Positions 10,897 to 24,607 are shown, counted from the stretch's first letter. The stretch is DNA of 64,000 nt from Eledone cirrhosa (GCA_964016885.1 CAXHJY010001373.1:26040-90039); one strand, 5' to 3'. Translations and numbers: made by a program. The notes: generated from the sequence alone by a model not told the origin.

Positions 10897-11278
10897 CATC
10901 ATCATCATCATTTTACGTCCGCTTTTCCCTGCTTGCAAGGGTGGGACGGAAACTGATTCTAGCTTGATTTCTACAGCTGGATGCCCTTCCTGACACCAAC
11001 CTCATTTACAGTGCTGAGTGCTTTTTTTTTCCGTGGCGCCTACATTTCCACTTTACAGTGTGAGCTGGGTGCTTTTTTGCTGTGGCACCTCCACGACCAC
11101 TTTGCAGTGGAATGATAGGGAACCCAGTCCTATCATCTCATTTCTACAGCTGAGTAAACTGGAGCAATGTGAAATAAAGTGTCTTGCTCAAGGAAACAAC
11201 ACATCACCCGGTCTGAGAATTGAACTCACAACCTTTCGATTGCAAGGCCAATGCTCTAACCACTAAGCCATGTGCCTC
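10897..11278 (-). mobile_element. SINE S1 copy with a short internal duplication
   Basis: Reverse complement of S1; tttacagtg...gtgcttttt..gtggc occurs twice. Confidence 0.88.
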
Positions 11279-11432
11279 TCTCTCTATCTCTATCTCTATC
11301 TCTCTCTCCACACACACACACACAATAACAGGATTATGGCCATGTGTAAACTTATTACACATACACACACACATTTACATAATACACATTCTCTCTCTCA
11401 CACACATATACACATACATACACATTTATGCA

Positions 11433-12242
11433 GATAGGCTGTATGATGCCTGCATACGAACAGCAATGTTACATGGCAGTGAGACTTGGGCATTGTGTGC
11501 AGAGGATATACGCAGACTGGAGAGTAACAAAGCTTGCATGCTCCGCTGGATGTGTAATAGTAATATAAGTGAACGGCAAAGCATAAACGAACTACGGGAG
11601 AAATTAGGAATAAGAGGGATCAGATGTTGTTTACTCGAGAGAAGACTACGTTGGTACGGTCACGTGATGCACATGAAAGATGACAGCTGTATAAAAAAGT
11701 GCAGGGCGATAAAATAGACGGTAGCCACGGAATAGGCAGACCCAGAAAAACCTGGGACGACTTGATAAATTCCGACCTCACACACTTACACCTCTCCAAG
11801 ACAATGTCACTGGACTGAGATCTTTGGTGCTACACAGTAATACAGAAGACCCGCCTTGCCTAAGTACAAAGCGAAATGTACAGTCAGTAGGCACCTCTAA
11901 CGAAAATACACCCCGACCCCACTACCCCCACCCCATCCACACCACCCCCTTTAATGTGAAGTTATGTTGGTACCACAACATCCAGGCCGAAACAAATGAG
12001 GTCGTGTAGGTGTCATGACAAAAAAAATACAGTCCACGCTGTAATCTGGCCGTGTAGGTAACACGGTAAAAACCTCCCAGCCCCACACTGTAAATGTGGT
12101 TGGTGTTAGGAAGGGCATCCAGCTGTAGAAAACCCGCCAGACAGTCCTATACGAGCAAGTCAACCAATCTTGCCTCAAGTGGGAAAATTCCCGTCCAAAC
12201 CCATGCAAGCGTGGAAGATGGACGTTAAACAATGATGATGAT
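11433..12242 (+). mobile_element. 5'-truncated family A RTE copy (about 0.8 kb)
   Basis: RLYDACIRTAMLHGSETW...RLRWYGHVM, then the same 3'UTR and a tgatgatga tail. Confidence 0.9.
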
Positions 12243-12281
12243 ATGAGTCACATGCAATAACTGGATTATAGCCATGTATAT

Positions 12282-12317
<36 letters not shown>

Positions 12318-12517
12318 CAGAAATAGGCATACATACATGACACAAACCTGCATACACACTTATACTTATATGCAAGAACAAGATTATGGCTATATGTAAA
12401 CATATATACACATAGACATACACATACATAAACAGGACACAACCTGCATACACACATATGCATGCATTCACCTTCAGTAACAGGATTTTGGTCATATGTA
12501 AACATATATATACATAT

Positions 12518-12858
12518 ATATAAGATCAAAAGATGGTTAAAAGAGTTCCAAGTATTTTATTATGTGCATTTCAAAAACAGATATCATCATGGGATGATAT
12601 CTGCGTTCTCATCAGATAAAATAGGGAGACATGATATGAAGCTTAAAAAACACTTGTGAGCAGTGAAGTTTTAAATCAACAGAACGCAGATATCATCCCA
12701 TGATGATATTTGTTTTTGAAATGCGCATAATAAAATACTTGGAACTTTTTTAACCATCTTTTGATCTTATATTATTTATACTCCAGTCCTACAAACTGTA
12801 GAGTGCTACTTATCCGATATTTGCATTGCTTTGTGCTACAATAAAACTGACCTCCTAC
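12518..12858. mobile_element. Fold-back element 3: 92-bp inverted repeat (3 mismatches), 71-nt spacer, ~86-nt tail, TA-rich flanks
   Basis: Arms 12518-12609 and 12681-12772; tail 12773-12858. Confidence 0.9.
12553..12623 (-). ncRNA. Type I hammerhead ribozyme motif with a long stem II
   Basis: Stem I UAUUUUAU/AUAAAAUA; CUGAUGA; stem II includes GCAGAUAUCAUC/GAUGAUAUCUGU; GAAA-UGCACA-UA (palindromic AUGCGCAU in the other arm); AUA triplet. Confidence 0.78.
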
Positions 12859-13194
12859 ATATATATATATATACACAAACCTATTGTTTTGGTGAAATAT
12901 AATTAAGGGTTTGATATATAATTATCATTATCAACAGCCCCATCTCCATTATTGTAGTTTTATGTCCTCTTTTTTTTCCCATGCTAACATATGGGTTGGA
13001 TGAGACCTTTTGAGTCAAAATTCTATGGCTAGATGTTGCCAACCCACATTTGTATTTTATTTTGACCCTTTTGATACCAAACTGCTTGAAACTGCCCAAC
13101 TGCTCCTTGGTTCTGTGATACGATACTGCTTGAAATGTTTGTATTTATCAAAAAACCTTACATCATAGTTTTATATAAGATCTAAAGTCTGTCT

Positions 13195-13449
13195 TAAGCC
13201 AGAAGGCTCGTTTGGCCGGTGCTTAATCCAGTTTCATGGCGTGAAGCAACTGAGAGGACAAGACCCCCCACCCTGGACAGGACGCCACTCCATCACAGAG
13301 TACAGCTGATACTCATTTTCAACTGAGTACTGGAGCAACGTGAAATGAAGTGTTTTGCCCAAGAACACAACACACAACCCAGCCCAGGAATCGAACCCAT
13401 GGCATTATGATCGTAAATCCAACTTCCTTACCACTAGGCCATGCGCCAC
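13195..13449 (-). mobile_element. Related tRNA-headed SINE with a different tail
   Basis: Minus strand tggcgcatggcctagtggtaagg...gggttcgattcc...tgttcttgggcaaaacactt. Confidence 0.7.
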
Positions 13450-13504
13450 CAAGAGATAAAAATTATGGATAGAGTTATAGCAGAATTTATAGCAGAGAAA
13501 GAGT

Positions 13505-14660
13505 TAAATTAGATGAGATGTAGTTATGTTTTGTGCCAGGAGCACCGCAGATGCTTTCTTCCTAGTGTGAGAATTACAAGAGAAATTCCTAGACAAATAT
13601 AAGCCACTATGTCCAGCTTTTGTTGACATGGAGAAAGCCTGGAAATTGGGAGTAGATGAGTAGCTTGTGGGAACAGTGCAAACCATGTACATAGGTGTGG
13701 TCAGCAAAATGAGAGTAGATAATGAGTTCAGTGTGCGGGTTGGTGTTCATCAAGGCTCAGTCTTCAGCCTCTCATGTTTACTTTAGTTCTCCAGGCCACA
13801 ACTAGGGAGTTTAAGACTGGATGTCCATGGGGATTTTTGTATGCTGATTACCTGGTTCTTATTGCTGAATCTGTGGAAGAACTAGAGAAGTATTTCCTAC
13901 TGTTGAAACTGAACTTAAAATCAGAAAAATTCAGTAAAGATCAGTTTTAGAAAGTAGGGAAGACAAGACTCTTGTCTCATCATGGAAATGACAATGAACA
14001 CAATGTAAAACATGGGTACGCAAGAGATATAATGGGGTTAGAGGTAGACTACATAAAAATTCTGTTGAATTTTTATGTAGGAGCTGCACAAGGTTAGTAG
14101 TAAGACCCCCATTATAATAAACCTTCTCTAATCCCAGGTAAGTTCTATAGTAGTTGATAGCTTCTGTTACCTAAATGATTGAATTTGAAAGTATAGTAGC
14201 TAGAATAAAAATAGGTTGGAAAAAACCCAGTGAACTACTGCTTCTTTTAACAAAATGTTTCTTTCTATGAATGAAAAGCCAACTGTATGATACCTGTGTA
14301 CTTCGTGTGATGTTTATATGGAAGTGAAACATGGGCAGTAAATACAGAGGATATGAGGACGCTGGAGAGAAATGAAGTGAGCATACTTTGATGGATGTGT
14401 GATGCTGATATGCATAAACAGCAAAGCATGAATGACCTGAGAGAGAGAGAAAAGCTGGGTATAAAAGGAATCTAATGTAGTGTGCAAGAGAGAAGATTGT
14501 GCTGGTATGGACATATGCATATGGATGGTGATTTCTGGGTTAAGAAGTACCAGGTGTTGTTATTAGCAGGAAGATGTAGTAGTGGAAGGTGAAGGAAGAC
14601 CTGGGCAGAAGTGGTAAGAGTTGACTTCACTGAATCTGACAGGCGATGATGAAGGACATT
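13505..14660 (+). pseudogene. Old, degenerate RTE RT fragment related to family A
   Basis: Frameshifted remnants of FVDMEKA, VGVHQGSV, CPWGFLYAD, YGSETWA and RLCWYGH. Confidence 0.8.
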
Positions 14661-14744
14661 GTTGATAATAATGATGATTTACTATATTTGTTTTTATTTG
14701 TATTTTCTGATGTTTTCCTGATGTTGTTGATGTTGTTGTTTCAG

Positions 14745-14965
14745 ACTGTTGCCACTTCAATCTTCGTATGGATGATATACTGTGGAGTGGTAGGCCTAGT
14801 GTTTACCATTATAAAGAGCATCAACTATAAACTTCACCACATGTTTGACACTTCGGAAGGCTTTGAAGAGGCGTTGGACAAGTTTGCTGAGAAGAATACT
14901 TCACAGACCAAAGTTGATTCCCGCCGCTCCAGTGCCAAGAGTAACCACAAGAATGGCGACAATAG
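14745..14965 (+). CDS. pcnx: Internal coding exon of a pecanex-like protein (second N-terminal TM helix region)
   Basis: Acceptor tgttgtttcAG|, phase 0. Encodes TVATSIFVWMIYCGVVGLVFTIIKSINYKLHHMFDTSEG, which matches my recollection of the pecanex motif (Y-C-x-V-(x)n-K-x-V/I-N-Y-R/K-L-H-x-x-F/L-D). Donor taken as AG|gtttgg at 14965; alternative GA|gtaacc at 14940. Exon 1 is not seen in the window. Confidence 0.8.
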
Positions 14966-16200
14966 GTTTGGCTTCACTTTTGCTTCTGTTTCAGATATGG
15001 CAGTGGTGTGTGTGTGTATATATTGATGTGCATCTGTGTCAGGTTGTCTGTGTGTGTGTGTCTGAATGTGTATTTGTTTGTGTGTGTATGCCATAATTGT
15101 TGTTGTTCTTCTTCGTCCACTTAATTTTGGGAGGGTCGTGGGTGCAGAGTCCCCAAACACTCCTTCCAGCTGGTCCTGTTAGAAGTAACCATCTCTTTGG
15201 GGGTCTTAGGATATACAAACTTTGTGCATCCACTCCATGCCTCCCAGGACAGGTCACAGGCCTATCGCTAGTTTTTGCAGCATCAGATGGAGACTGCAAT
15301 ATATTTTTCAAACAAGCCCCTCTACCTAAGGTAAAAAAAAAATTACCATGTGGTATGTAATACCATGTAAGTTAATCGCATTAGGACCAGATTGACTTTG
15401 CTTTATGAGTTTGATAAAACTAAAACATTGGATAATGTAGTCTTAGATAATGCATTTGAATAAAAGACAGGATGGTCACAACTAGAATGCCTTTGATCAT
15501 AGATTTGAGATGAATAACAACAGATGAAAAAAATGTGGATTATCAATAGATTGTTGGATAAAATGCTTTGCAGTATTTGTTCTGGCTATTTATGTTCTGA
15601 GTCACCTTTGTCTTTCATTCTTTTAGAGTTGATAAAATAAAGTACCAGTCAAGTATTGGGGTCAATATAATCAACTTACTTTTTCTAAATTTCTGCCTTG
15701 TACTTAAATTAGAAACCACCATAATGATGAAAGTGATAATGGCATTGATGATGATGATGCTGTCCTGGCTTTTATTAAAAATAAGAAGTTTTTTTTTCAT
15801 TTCTTTCCCATCTGTTTGCTTCTAAGATCCCTTGTTCTACAATTTCCTTCTTTGTTTCTCTTCTGTTTCTATCGTGTTTATCTGGTGATCCCTGTCTAGC
15901 AGTGATTCTGAAGAATATATCGAAATGTCAGTGATAAATCGGCCCCATAACTGTACAATCACCCCACCAGTCCATCACAGTTCCAGAAACTCCGTCATCT
16001 TGGAGAAACAGCCAGTACATAACGATCAGAATTCCAGCCACCAAATTGATGTTCAGGATTCAAAGAATGATGCAGGTTAGATAATTCCTTTCCTTTTTCT
16101 ATCCTTTTAAATACTGCACAGAGACACATATATACATACATATAAGTATACACACATTTACAGATATCTCTATATATATATATACACATTCACTCACACT

Positions 16201-16247
<47 letters not shown>

Positions 16248-16379
16248 AACCCATGCTAGCATGGAAAATGGATGTTAAACGAAGATGATGATGATGATGA
16301 TGTAAAAGGTAAACAAATATCAACACAAATAGTACAGTATGTGGAAGGAATATTAACGCTTGAAATAGCAGGAAGAGGG

Positions 16380-16415
16380 TCTTAACGTTTCGGACGCTAG
16401 TCCTACATCAGAAGA
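16380..16415 (-). ncRNA. Degenerate minimal hammerhead (PLE-type)
   Basis: UCUU-CUGAUGUA-GGAC-uagc-GUCC-GAAACGUU-AAGA. The A9 position is mutated, so it is probably inactive. Confidence 0.55.
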
Positions 16416-16992
16416 AAGAATGAGAAAATAGGAAGACCGAGGTGACTGGCAAGGCAAAATCGGAAAAAAAATTTTGAAAATTTTAATCTAAATTTAATGT
16501 AGATATAACTGCAGTTTTGGAATTAGAAGCCTTTTCTGTGAAAAGAATGAAGTGTGAGATGTAAACAATTTCAATTATTCTTCCATACACAGAACAACAC
16601 GAGATAATCCTGATACATTCCAGACTGTGTCCTCATTAGAGTATAACAACAGTTAAGCTGCAAGTATAATCATAAAACTAAATAAACGTACTCAGCACAT
16701 GTTGTTGAGTGATATATTTATTTTATAGTAGTTGAGACAACTGATGGGTCCAAACATGCTTGTACCCAAGTCCTTTCTATATACCAATCATTAGATAGAC
16801 TTGAAAATAAACAATTTTGGTGTTGAGTTTGTCCCTGACATCATAGAACTAAAATGTGTCATTTACAGAGAGCCAGGGGGCTTTTTTTTTTTCTTTCTTT
16901 TTTTGACACTATCTGATGATTATTGTATACAAGGGTCTTGCTGTAGACATGAACTATAAAGTTGTGGAATTGTTTATCACGGGGTCATCAGA

Positions 16993-17146
16993 TGGTTGGT
17001 GTTAGGAAGGGCATCCAGCTGTAGAAAACCCGCCAGATAGTCCTATGTGAGCAAGATAATCACTCTTGCCTCAAGTGGGAAAACCCCTGTCCAAACCCAT
17101 GCAAGTGTGGAACACGGACGTTAAACGTTGATGATGATGATGATGA
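16993..17146 (+). mobile_element. Family A RTE 3'-terminal fragment
   Basis: ggtgttaggaagggcatccagctgtagaaaacccgcc...ggacgttaaacgtt followed by (gat)n. Confidence 0.85.
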
Positions 17147-18722
17147 ATACTGAAGCGAAATCATCAGATATGACTGAAAAATGTTCGATCACCTTCCCAC
17201 TTCGATGTTTTAATTAAGCTAGTATCTTTAAGATACCAACCCAAATGAAAATAGAGTGCACACTAGTACGTTAAATAGTGAGAAAGACAATTTCCTCTAG
17301 GTTGAGAATTAGATTCCCTCTCCCTGGACTAATTAGTTAGTTCCTACTGTTCTATCTGCTGCCGGCAGTTTATATATACATATAAAACTAAATCTCACAA
17401 GAGACGATGAAGGGCTGTGAGGACTGGTTCTATGCTGTGCTGGTGAAGACCTGGACAACAGCATATGTGACCTGACTTATCTCCATCCCCCTCCTCCACT
17501 TACCTTCCTAGCAGCTGTCACCTCAATCACTACACATCCCCAATCCACTCCAGCCTCAAAATCCCTTAGAAACCTGCACTATTACACCCTAGTAGCTACT
17601 CTCTTTATCCCTATGTACCCTACCCATGTCCCCTCCACTATCACTCCTTAACTACTCTCTCCATCACGATGCCTCACTTTGCCGGCATTGGTGAGGGCCA
17701 TAGCCGCACCATACTGCGCTATTGACCAAACCATCCATGTCCTTCCCCACCGCCACCCACTATTTCTGCTTTGGTGTTTTCACCACCACATCCCCTCCCG
17801 CCTATGCTAAAAAGTCACCCTTTCCCCTTCCAATACTCATCGCTCTGTTAAATCTCACCACACTTGCCACAACTTCATGCTTATCTTCCTTCTATTGCTG
17901 CCACTCCCCCACAGAGTAGAGAGGGTTCTTCTGTTGGAACAAGGACCAACAATCTCTTTAGCGTTGGTGGCATAGAAATGCACCCGGTACACCCTGTAAA
18001 GTGTTTGCCTTAAAAAAAAGGATTCAGAAGCCCTTTCAGTTGTCATGGGGAAACATTCTTTCCACATGATAAATGCATCAAGTATATGCTGTAAAGTGGT
18101 TGGTGATAGAAAGGGCATCCAACCACAGAAAGTTTGTCAATCAAAGGGTTGGGCAGACTCTCAGTTGTGTCAAAGACTTGACAACCTCTCTTGTGCACTT
18201 GGTAGAAAGTAAGTGGGACCATATGTAAAAGAGGTGCAGACTCCCTGGCCTGTCTTGGATGTCAATAGCCCAATTCAGTATTGTCTGGCAGGGAAAGCAG
18301 ATGTTAAATGATGATGATGATTATATTTATATATAGCGTGGAAGAACAGACGTAAAACGGTGATGATGATGAAACATATATATACACACACACATACAGG
18401 GTTGGGCATAAGTTTGGAAGCAAATAAAAATGCTTTTAATAACAAAACTACTAACTCTATTAACCAGCAACATATATGTAAATATACATAAATATCTTCA
18501 GAATATAATGTACAGAATTTATTCAAAATGACCCCCTCGTGCAGCAATAACAGCCTCTAAACCACTGTCGAACATCTTTCACCGTAGCATTTCTTGGGGA
18601 ATTTCTTTCCAAGCACTCAGTAAAGATGCCTTTATCAATAAAACACCTGAGAAACCGATGAGATGCAACCTCATGGGAGGCCAGCTAAAACGTGCAGAGG
18701 TGTAAGCTGCAACAAAATAATA

Positions 18723-18914
18723 TAATTGTTTCTACTTTTGGCACAAGGCCAGCAATCATCCCAGTGCATTACTGGTACTTCACTTTATCGACCCCGTAAG
18801 GATGAAAGGCAAAGTCAACCTCGGCGGGACTTGAACTCAGATCGTAAAAGCCCGTAACTCCATGCTGCAAACCATGGCATCCGACCCTCTAATGATACTG
18901 CCAATCCACCGCCC
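18723..18914 (-). mobile_element. SINE S2 full-length copy
   Basis: Colinear with 2441-2628. Confidence 0.8.
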
Positions 18915-19624
18915 TAATATAATTACATATAGTTTTAATTCCTATTTCTAAATGTTGTATTTTTTGCTGCTATTCCCTGACTGAGGAGGGCAACAGTTAC
19001 TGGCATCTTGACAACTTGGGTCCTTGTGTGCCAGCTTGAATACCTGATATCTAGGATTGACCAGGTTAGTTTTCTAAGCAATAGGTAATAGAAAACAGGT
19101 GAAAATAAGTTGAAACATTTTCGAAACAATCTTCCAATTTTAGAAAGTAACCTTGTTTTGGTCTCCATTCATCCTAGGTAGCGAATTGGCAGTGTCATTA
19201 GAGCATTGGATTAAATGTATTTGTTCTGGTTCACTGCACTCTGAATTCAAATCTCACCAAGGTCGATAAAGTACCAGTCCAGAGTTGGTGGATTGACAAT
19301 TGTTAATGAGTTATGTATGGTGGTTTGTGGTATTTGATATGACTTCTGTGTTCAAATCTATCAGGAGTTACAACTGACAAATAGTATCAGCAATGGAAAC
19401 TTTGTTTCCTTTGTCCAAACTGATGACCAGCTCTTTTCTTTTCCACATACCAAGAGGAAAATATATATGAGATATGGAAGCATCATCATCATCATCATCA
19501 TCATCATCACATTCACTTTTCCATATTTGGGTTGGATGAGTCTTCTCCACCATAACTTCTTTCTCACCTCTTGCATTTCTTTGTCATCTCTGTAAGGTTC
19601 AATATTTTGTGATCAGCTCTCAAC

Positions 19625-19800
19625 CACAGCTTCCCAGGTTTTTCTCAGTCTTTCTTTTCCACAGCTATTTTCTACATGGAGTTCATGGCAACAGTTGTCA
19701 TCCATATGCATCACGTGTCCATTCCAGTGCAATGTTCTTTCTGGCATACTACACCTGATTGCTCTAATGCTCCAGGCACTATTAATCATGATGTGCATGT
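19625..19800 (-). pseudogene. Short RTE C-terminal fragment
   Basis: IRCSMPERTLHWNGHVMHMDDNC...LRKTWE resembles the family A C-terminus. Confidence 0.7.
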
Positions 19801-21084
19801 ATTTTAGCTCTACTTTTGTGTATGGAGCACTCTGTATTTATTGAGTAAATCATACATATTTGGAAATATGTATATATCATCATCATTATCATGTTTGTGT
19901 TTAATTTTCCATGCAGGCATGGGTTGAATGCAACCTTTTGTAGTAGTGTTTTATAGCTGGATGGTCTTCTTGATATTAATCTTAGTTACCTCTCACTACA
20001 TGCTGTGGTATACACGCACATGCACACACACACACAACCTACCTTTTTTTTCCTGCAAAAACTGGGGTTAGCTATGTAGGCCTCATGGCAGGCTTCAAAC
20101 TCATTATGGAGTCCTTTTTTATTCAATGTGTTTTGACCAGGTGCCCTCCTGACAGCAACCCTTTTAGTCATCTTTTAGGACATATAGGGATGTGATGTAC
20201 CTATTCTAAACCTGATACATACTACACTACACACTGCACACTCACATACATATACACAGGCGCACACATTCATTTTAGAGGGTAAGAACATGATAAAATC
20301 TTGATGAATTGTTTCTGTATGACCTGTTTGTCTCTAACATCAACTGCTTCTTCACTTACATGTCTAACACCACCTTTTGGAAATGCATGAATGCTACAAT
20401 CTCCCAATAATTTTCTCCTCTCACTAACAATCAAAACACTTTATACCTACATAAGAAACAACATATCTATAAATATATAGACATTTGTGTGTATATATAT
20501 ATGTATATATAGACATATATCTAAATGTGTATAAATATATGTATGTATCTATTCACTCATGTATGTGTGTTTGTACTTTTTGCATGTTCTATTAGCTGTA
20601 TTTTTATACATGTTGTCTGTTGTTTTTCATTATTATTATTTATTTAAAATTTGGATTTTGAATTATCTGAGTTTAATTTTGTCAGCAAGGAATGAAAAAT
20701 TTCTTGTATAAAGAAAGAAAAAAAAATTGTTTAATGGTTTATTCTGTGATCCTTATTAACTTCGTGTTTTTGACTCCTGTGTGCAGCTTCTCTTTAAAAA
20801 TACAGTTGATAATAAAGTTAATGTATTTTTGTTCAGTTAAATTCTATGTCATAATCTAAAGTTATTCCCAAAGGTTATTTTATGTTTTTTTTTGTTCAAA
20901 CATGAATTCTCATAAATTAGTATTTATAAATTAGTATTTAAGATGGTGGTGGCATGTAATTATCTTTTGAAATTTTTAAAATATTGAACATATTAATTAA
21001 TTAATTACAAAAACAAACATTAATCGGCTATTAAATCTATGTACAGATTATGTATGAGGAAGCGATAGTGATAGCCTTCATATT

Positions 21085-22850
21085 AATAGATACAGGCTAT
21101 GTAAGAGGGAGCTATGATAGTTCTGTGTTACTAGGTACACACTATGTAAAGGGGAGCTCTGGTAGTCCTGTATTTCTTACTAGGTACACACTATGTAATA
21201 GGGAGCTATGGTAGTCCTGTATTACTTGGTACGGACTATATGAGGGAGCTATGGTAATCTTGCATTACTTGGTACGGACTATATAAGAGGGAGCTATGGT
21301 AATCTTGCATTACTTGGTACAGACTATATAAGAGGGACCTATGGTAATCTTGCATTACTTGGTACAGACTATATAAGAGGGACCTATGGTAATCTTGCAT
21401 TACTTGGTACAGACTATATAAGAGGGACCTATGGTATTCCTGTATTACTTTGTACGGAATATATAAGAGGGAGCTAGGGTAGTCCTGTATTATTTGGTAC
21501 AAAATATATGAGGGAGCTAGGGTAGTCCTGTATTACTTGGTACGGACTATATAAGAGGGAGCTATGGTAGTGCTGTATTATTTGGTATGGACTATATAAG
21601 AGGGAGCTATGGTAGTCCTGTATTACTTGGTACGGACTATATGAGGAGCTATGGTAGTCTTGCATTACTTGGTACGGAATATATAAGAGGGAGCTATGGT
21701 AGTCCTGTATTACTTGGTACGGAATATATGGGGGAGCTATGGTATTCCTGTATTACTTGGTACGGAATATATGGGGGAGCTATGGTAGTCCTGTATTACT
21801 TGGTACGGACTATATAAGAGGGAGCTAGGGTAGTCCTGTATTACTTGGTACGGAATATATGAGGGAGCTATGGTAGTTCTGTATTACTTGGTACAGACTA
21901 TATGAGGGAGCTATGGTAGTCCTGTATTACTTGGTACGGACTATATAAGAGGGAGCTATGGTAGCCCTGTATTACTTGGTACGGAATATATAAGAGGGAG
22001 CTATGGTAGCCCTGTATTACTTGGTACAGACTATATGAGGGAGCTATGGTAGTCCTGTATTACTTGGTACAGACTATATGAGGGAGCTATAGTAGTCCTG
22101 TATTACTTGGTACGGACTATATAAGAGGGAGCTATGGTAGCCCTGTATTACTTGGTACGGAATATATAAGAGGGAGCTATGGTAGCCCTGTATTACTTGG
22201 TACAGACTATATGAGGGAGCTATGGTAGTCCTGTATTACTTGGTACAGACTATATGAGGGAGCTATGGTAGTCCTGTATTACTTGGTACGGACTATATGA
22301 GGAGCTATGGTAGCCCTGTATTACTTGGTACGGAATATATAAGAGGGAGCTATGGTAGCCCTGTATTACTTGGTACGGACTATATGAGGAGCTATGGTAG
22401 TCCTGTATTACTTGGTACGGACTATATAAGAGGGAGCTATGGTAGCCCTGTATTACTTGGTACAGACTATATGAGGGAGCTATGGTAGTCCTGTATTACT
22501 TGGTACGGACTATATAAGAGGGAGCTATGGTAGCCCTGTATTACTTGGTACGGACTATATGAGGGAGCTATGGTATTTCTTACTAGGTACACACTATGTA
22601 ATAGGGAGCTATGGTAGCCCTGTATTACCAGGTACACACTATGTAAGAGGGAGCTATGGTAGCCCTGTATTTCTAGCTACAGATTATGTAAGAAGGAGCT
22701 ATGGTGGTCCTGTATTACTAGATACAGACTATTGAAGAGGGAACTGTTGTTAGCTCTGTATTACTAGTTACAGATTATGTAAAAGGGAGCTATTGTAACT
22801 GTATATGCATTACTTACTAGTTACAGACTATATAGAAGGACTATAGTAGC
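21085..22850. repeat. Minisatellite, unit about 42-45 bp (tatataagagggagctatggtagtcctgtattacttggtacggac)
   Basis: Roughly 40 units; homogeneous centre and degenerate ends. Confidence 0.95.
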
Positions 22851-22881
22851 TTTCTATTTTTAAAAAACATAAATCAATGTA

Positions 22882-23673
22882 CTGTATATACTTGTATATA
22901 AGCCAAGAAATATATAACAAAAAAATTGATGGTAAAATGGGGTTCAGCTTGTATTCAAGATGAATATTTTTCCAATTTTTGCCAACTTCAAATTCTACGT
23001 AAAAGAGGCGCTCAAAATATTTTTGCTTTGGAGGTGAATATTACACTGGTTTCACTTAGTAGGTGAATATTACACTAGTTTCACATTGGAGGTGAAATTT
23101 GTTTTTCCTTTGATGTGTTTTGAATGAATATGGCCTTCAAAACGCCAGAAATTGGGAAAAAATTGTCTAATGGAGTTCTGAACAAAAACTATACTGTAAA
23201 TCAGAGGTCCCCAACCACCGGACTGCAGACCAGTACTGGTCCGTGGATCTTTTGCTACTGGGCTGCAAAGAAATAATTAACTTGTTTAAAATTATATAAT
23301 AGATAGATTGAATATTGGACTTTAATTTAAAAAGGATTGTTTTAATATTCAATATTCATATACTCAATACACTTTTTCTTCCCTTTAATAAATTGCTCTT
23401 TTTATTATTGCTCTCTTTATCGAAATGCAACTACTGGTCCGTGGAAAGATTGTCTGGTATAAAAAAAGGTTGGACCTGCTCTAAATGACACTTAAAACAT
23501 TATAAGAATGAAAATATAAAAACTTTATAAATATATTCTCCACTGAGAGAATTTCAAAACTGTGTCATGTAAACAATGTGTTGATTAGCTACCTACCTTT
23601 ATACACAGGGTTTGGATTTTGCTAATTTCTCAGACATAAAATAGGGTGTTGGCTTATATTCGAGTTTATATGG
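22882..23673. mobile_element. Tc1/mariner/pogo-type non-autonomous element with a nested hAT MITE
   Basis: TA flanks; TIRs ctgtatatacttgtatataagccaa and ttggcttatattcgagtttatatgg (20/25 match). Confidence 0.55.
23202..23478. mobile_element. hAT (Charlie-like) MITE
   Basis: Starts CAGAGGTCCCCAACC and ends GGTTGGACCTG. 8-bp TSD ctgtaaat/ctctaaat. Confidence 0.65.
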
Positions 23674-24180
23674 TAATTAACATTGAATATTTGCAGCAAA
23701 ACTATAAAAGTTGAAAAATAATTGAGATAATCATATTTGCCTCCATTCATGCTACAATGTAATTTTATTCTTCAATGAACTGTGTAAAACAACAAGAACA
23801 ACATTATATGTGAAATTGAAAATGTTATTCCCTTAACAGCGATCCCAAAACATTTTACACTTTAGACCCTTTCATGGAATTTTTTAACCCTTTATCACCC
23901 CTCCAGGTTTGTACAAAAAGAGATATATAAATCAATGAACAGAATATAAAATAGATTATAAGGTTTGATTATATATAAATCACAAACCTATATAAGTAAG
24001 TTGAATTTTATCGTATGCATTTTTAGTGTGTGTCAGATTTTGACCCCAATATTTGATTGACACCCCTTTCCCCCCATGGTAGTCCCATTGGTACCTCTGC
24101 CTTAAAAGGTGTCAAACCCCGCCAAGAGTTATAATTGAAAATAATGATGTGGCAATACTTAGCTAACATCATTATTATTG

Positions 24181-24518
24181 TCCTGCCGAGGTTAACTTTG
24201 CCTTTCATCTTTACGGGGTCGATAAAATAAAGTACCAGTAATACAATGGGATAATTGTTGGCCTTGTGCCAGAAGTAGAAACAATTATTATTGTATATAG
24301 GGGCGGTTGATTGGCAGTATCAGTAGTGTCGGACAACATGCTTAGCAGCATAGAATTTAAAGCGGCCCTTTAAGTTCTGAGTTCAAATCCTGCCGAGGTT
24401 AGCTTTGTCTTTCATCCTTAAAGGGTTGATAAAATAAAGTACCACTGGGGTCGATTTAATTGGCATTCCCCTCCCCCAAAATTGTTGTCCTTGTGCTTAA
24501 ATCAGAAACAATTATTAC
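24181..24518 (+). mobile_element. S2 tandem pair (truncated + full)
   Basis: Two cores, near 24200 and 24410. Confidence 0.78.
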
Positions 24519-24607
24519 TATCGGAATTACTATCGGAAGGGCAGTAAATGATAGAATTTCTAAAGTAATCAGACTGAAACATTGTTATGTTCTGAATTTA
24601 ATTTTCA

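Noticed and set aside
15904-15933. ctgaaga-atatatc-gaaatgtc hammerhead-like string
   Set aside because: Stems I-III are too weak to call; possibly a decayed motif.
21085-22850. CRISPR-like regular repeat
   Set aside because: Contiguous tandem units with no unique spacers, no cas genes, and a eukaryotic context.
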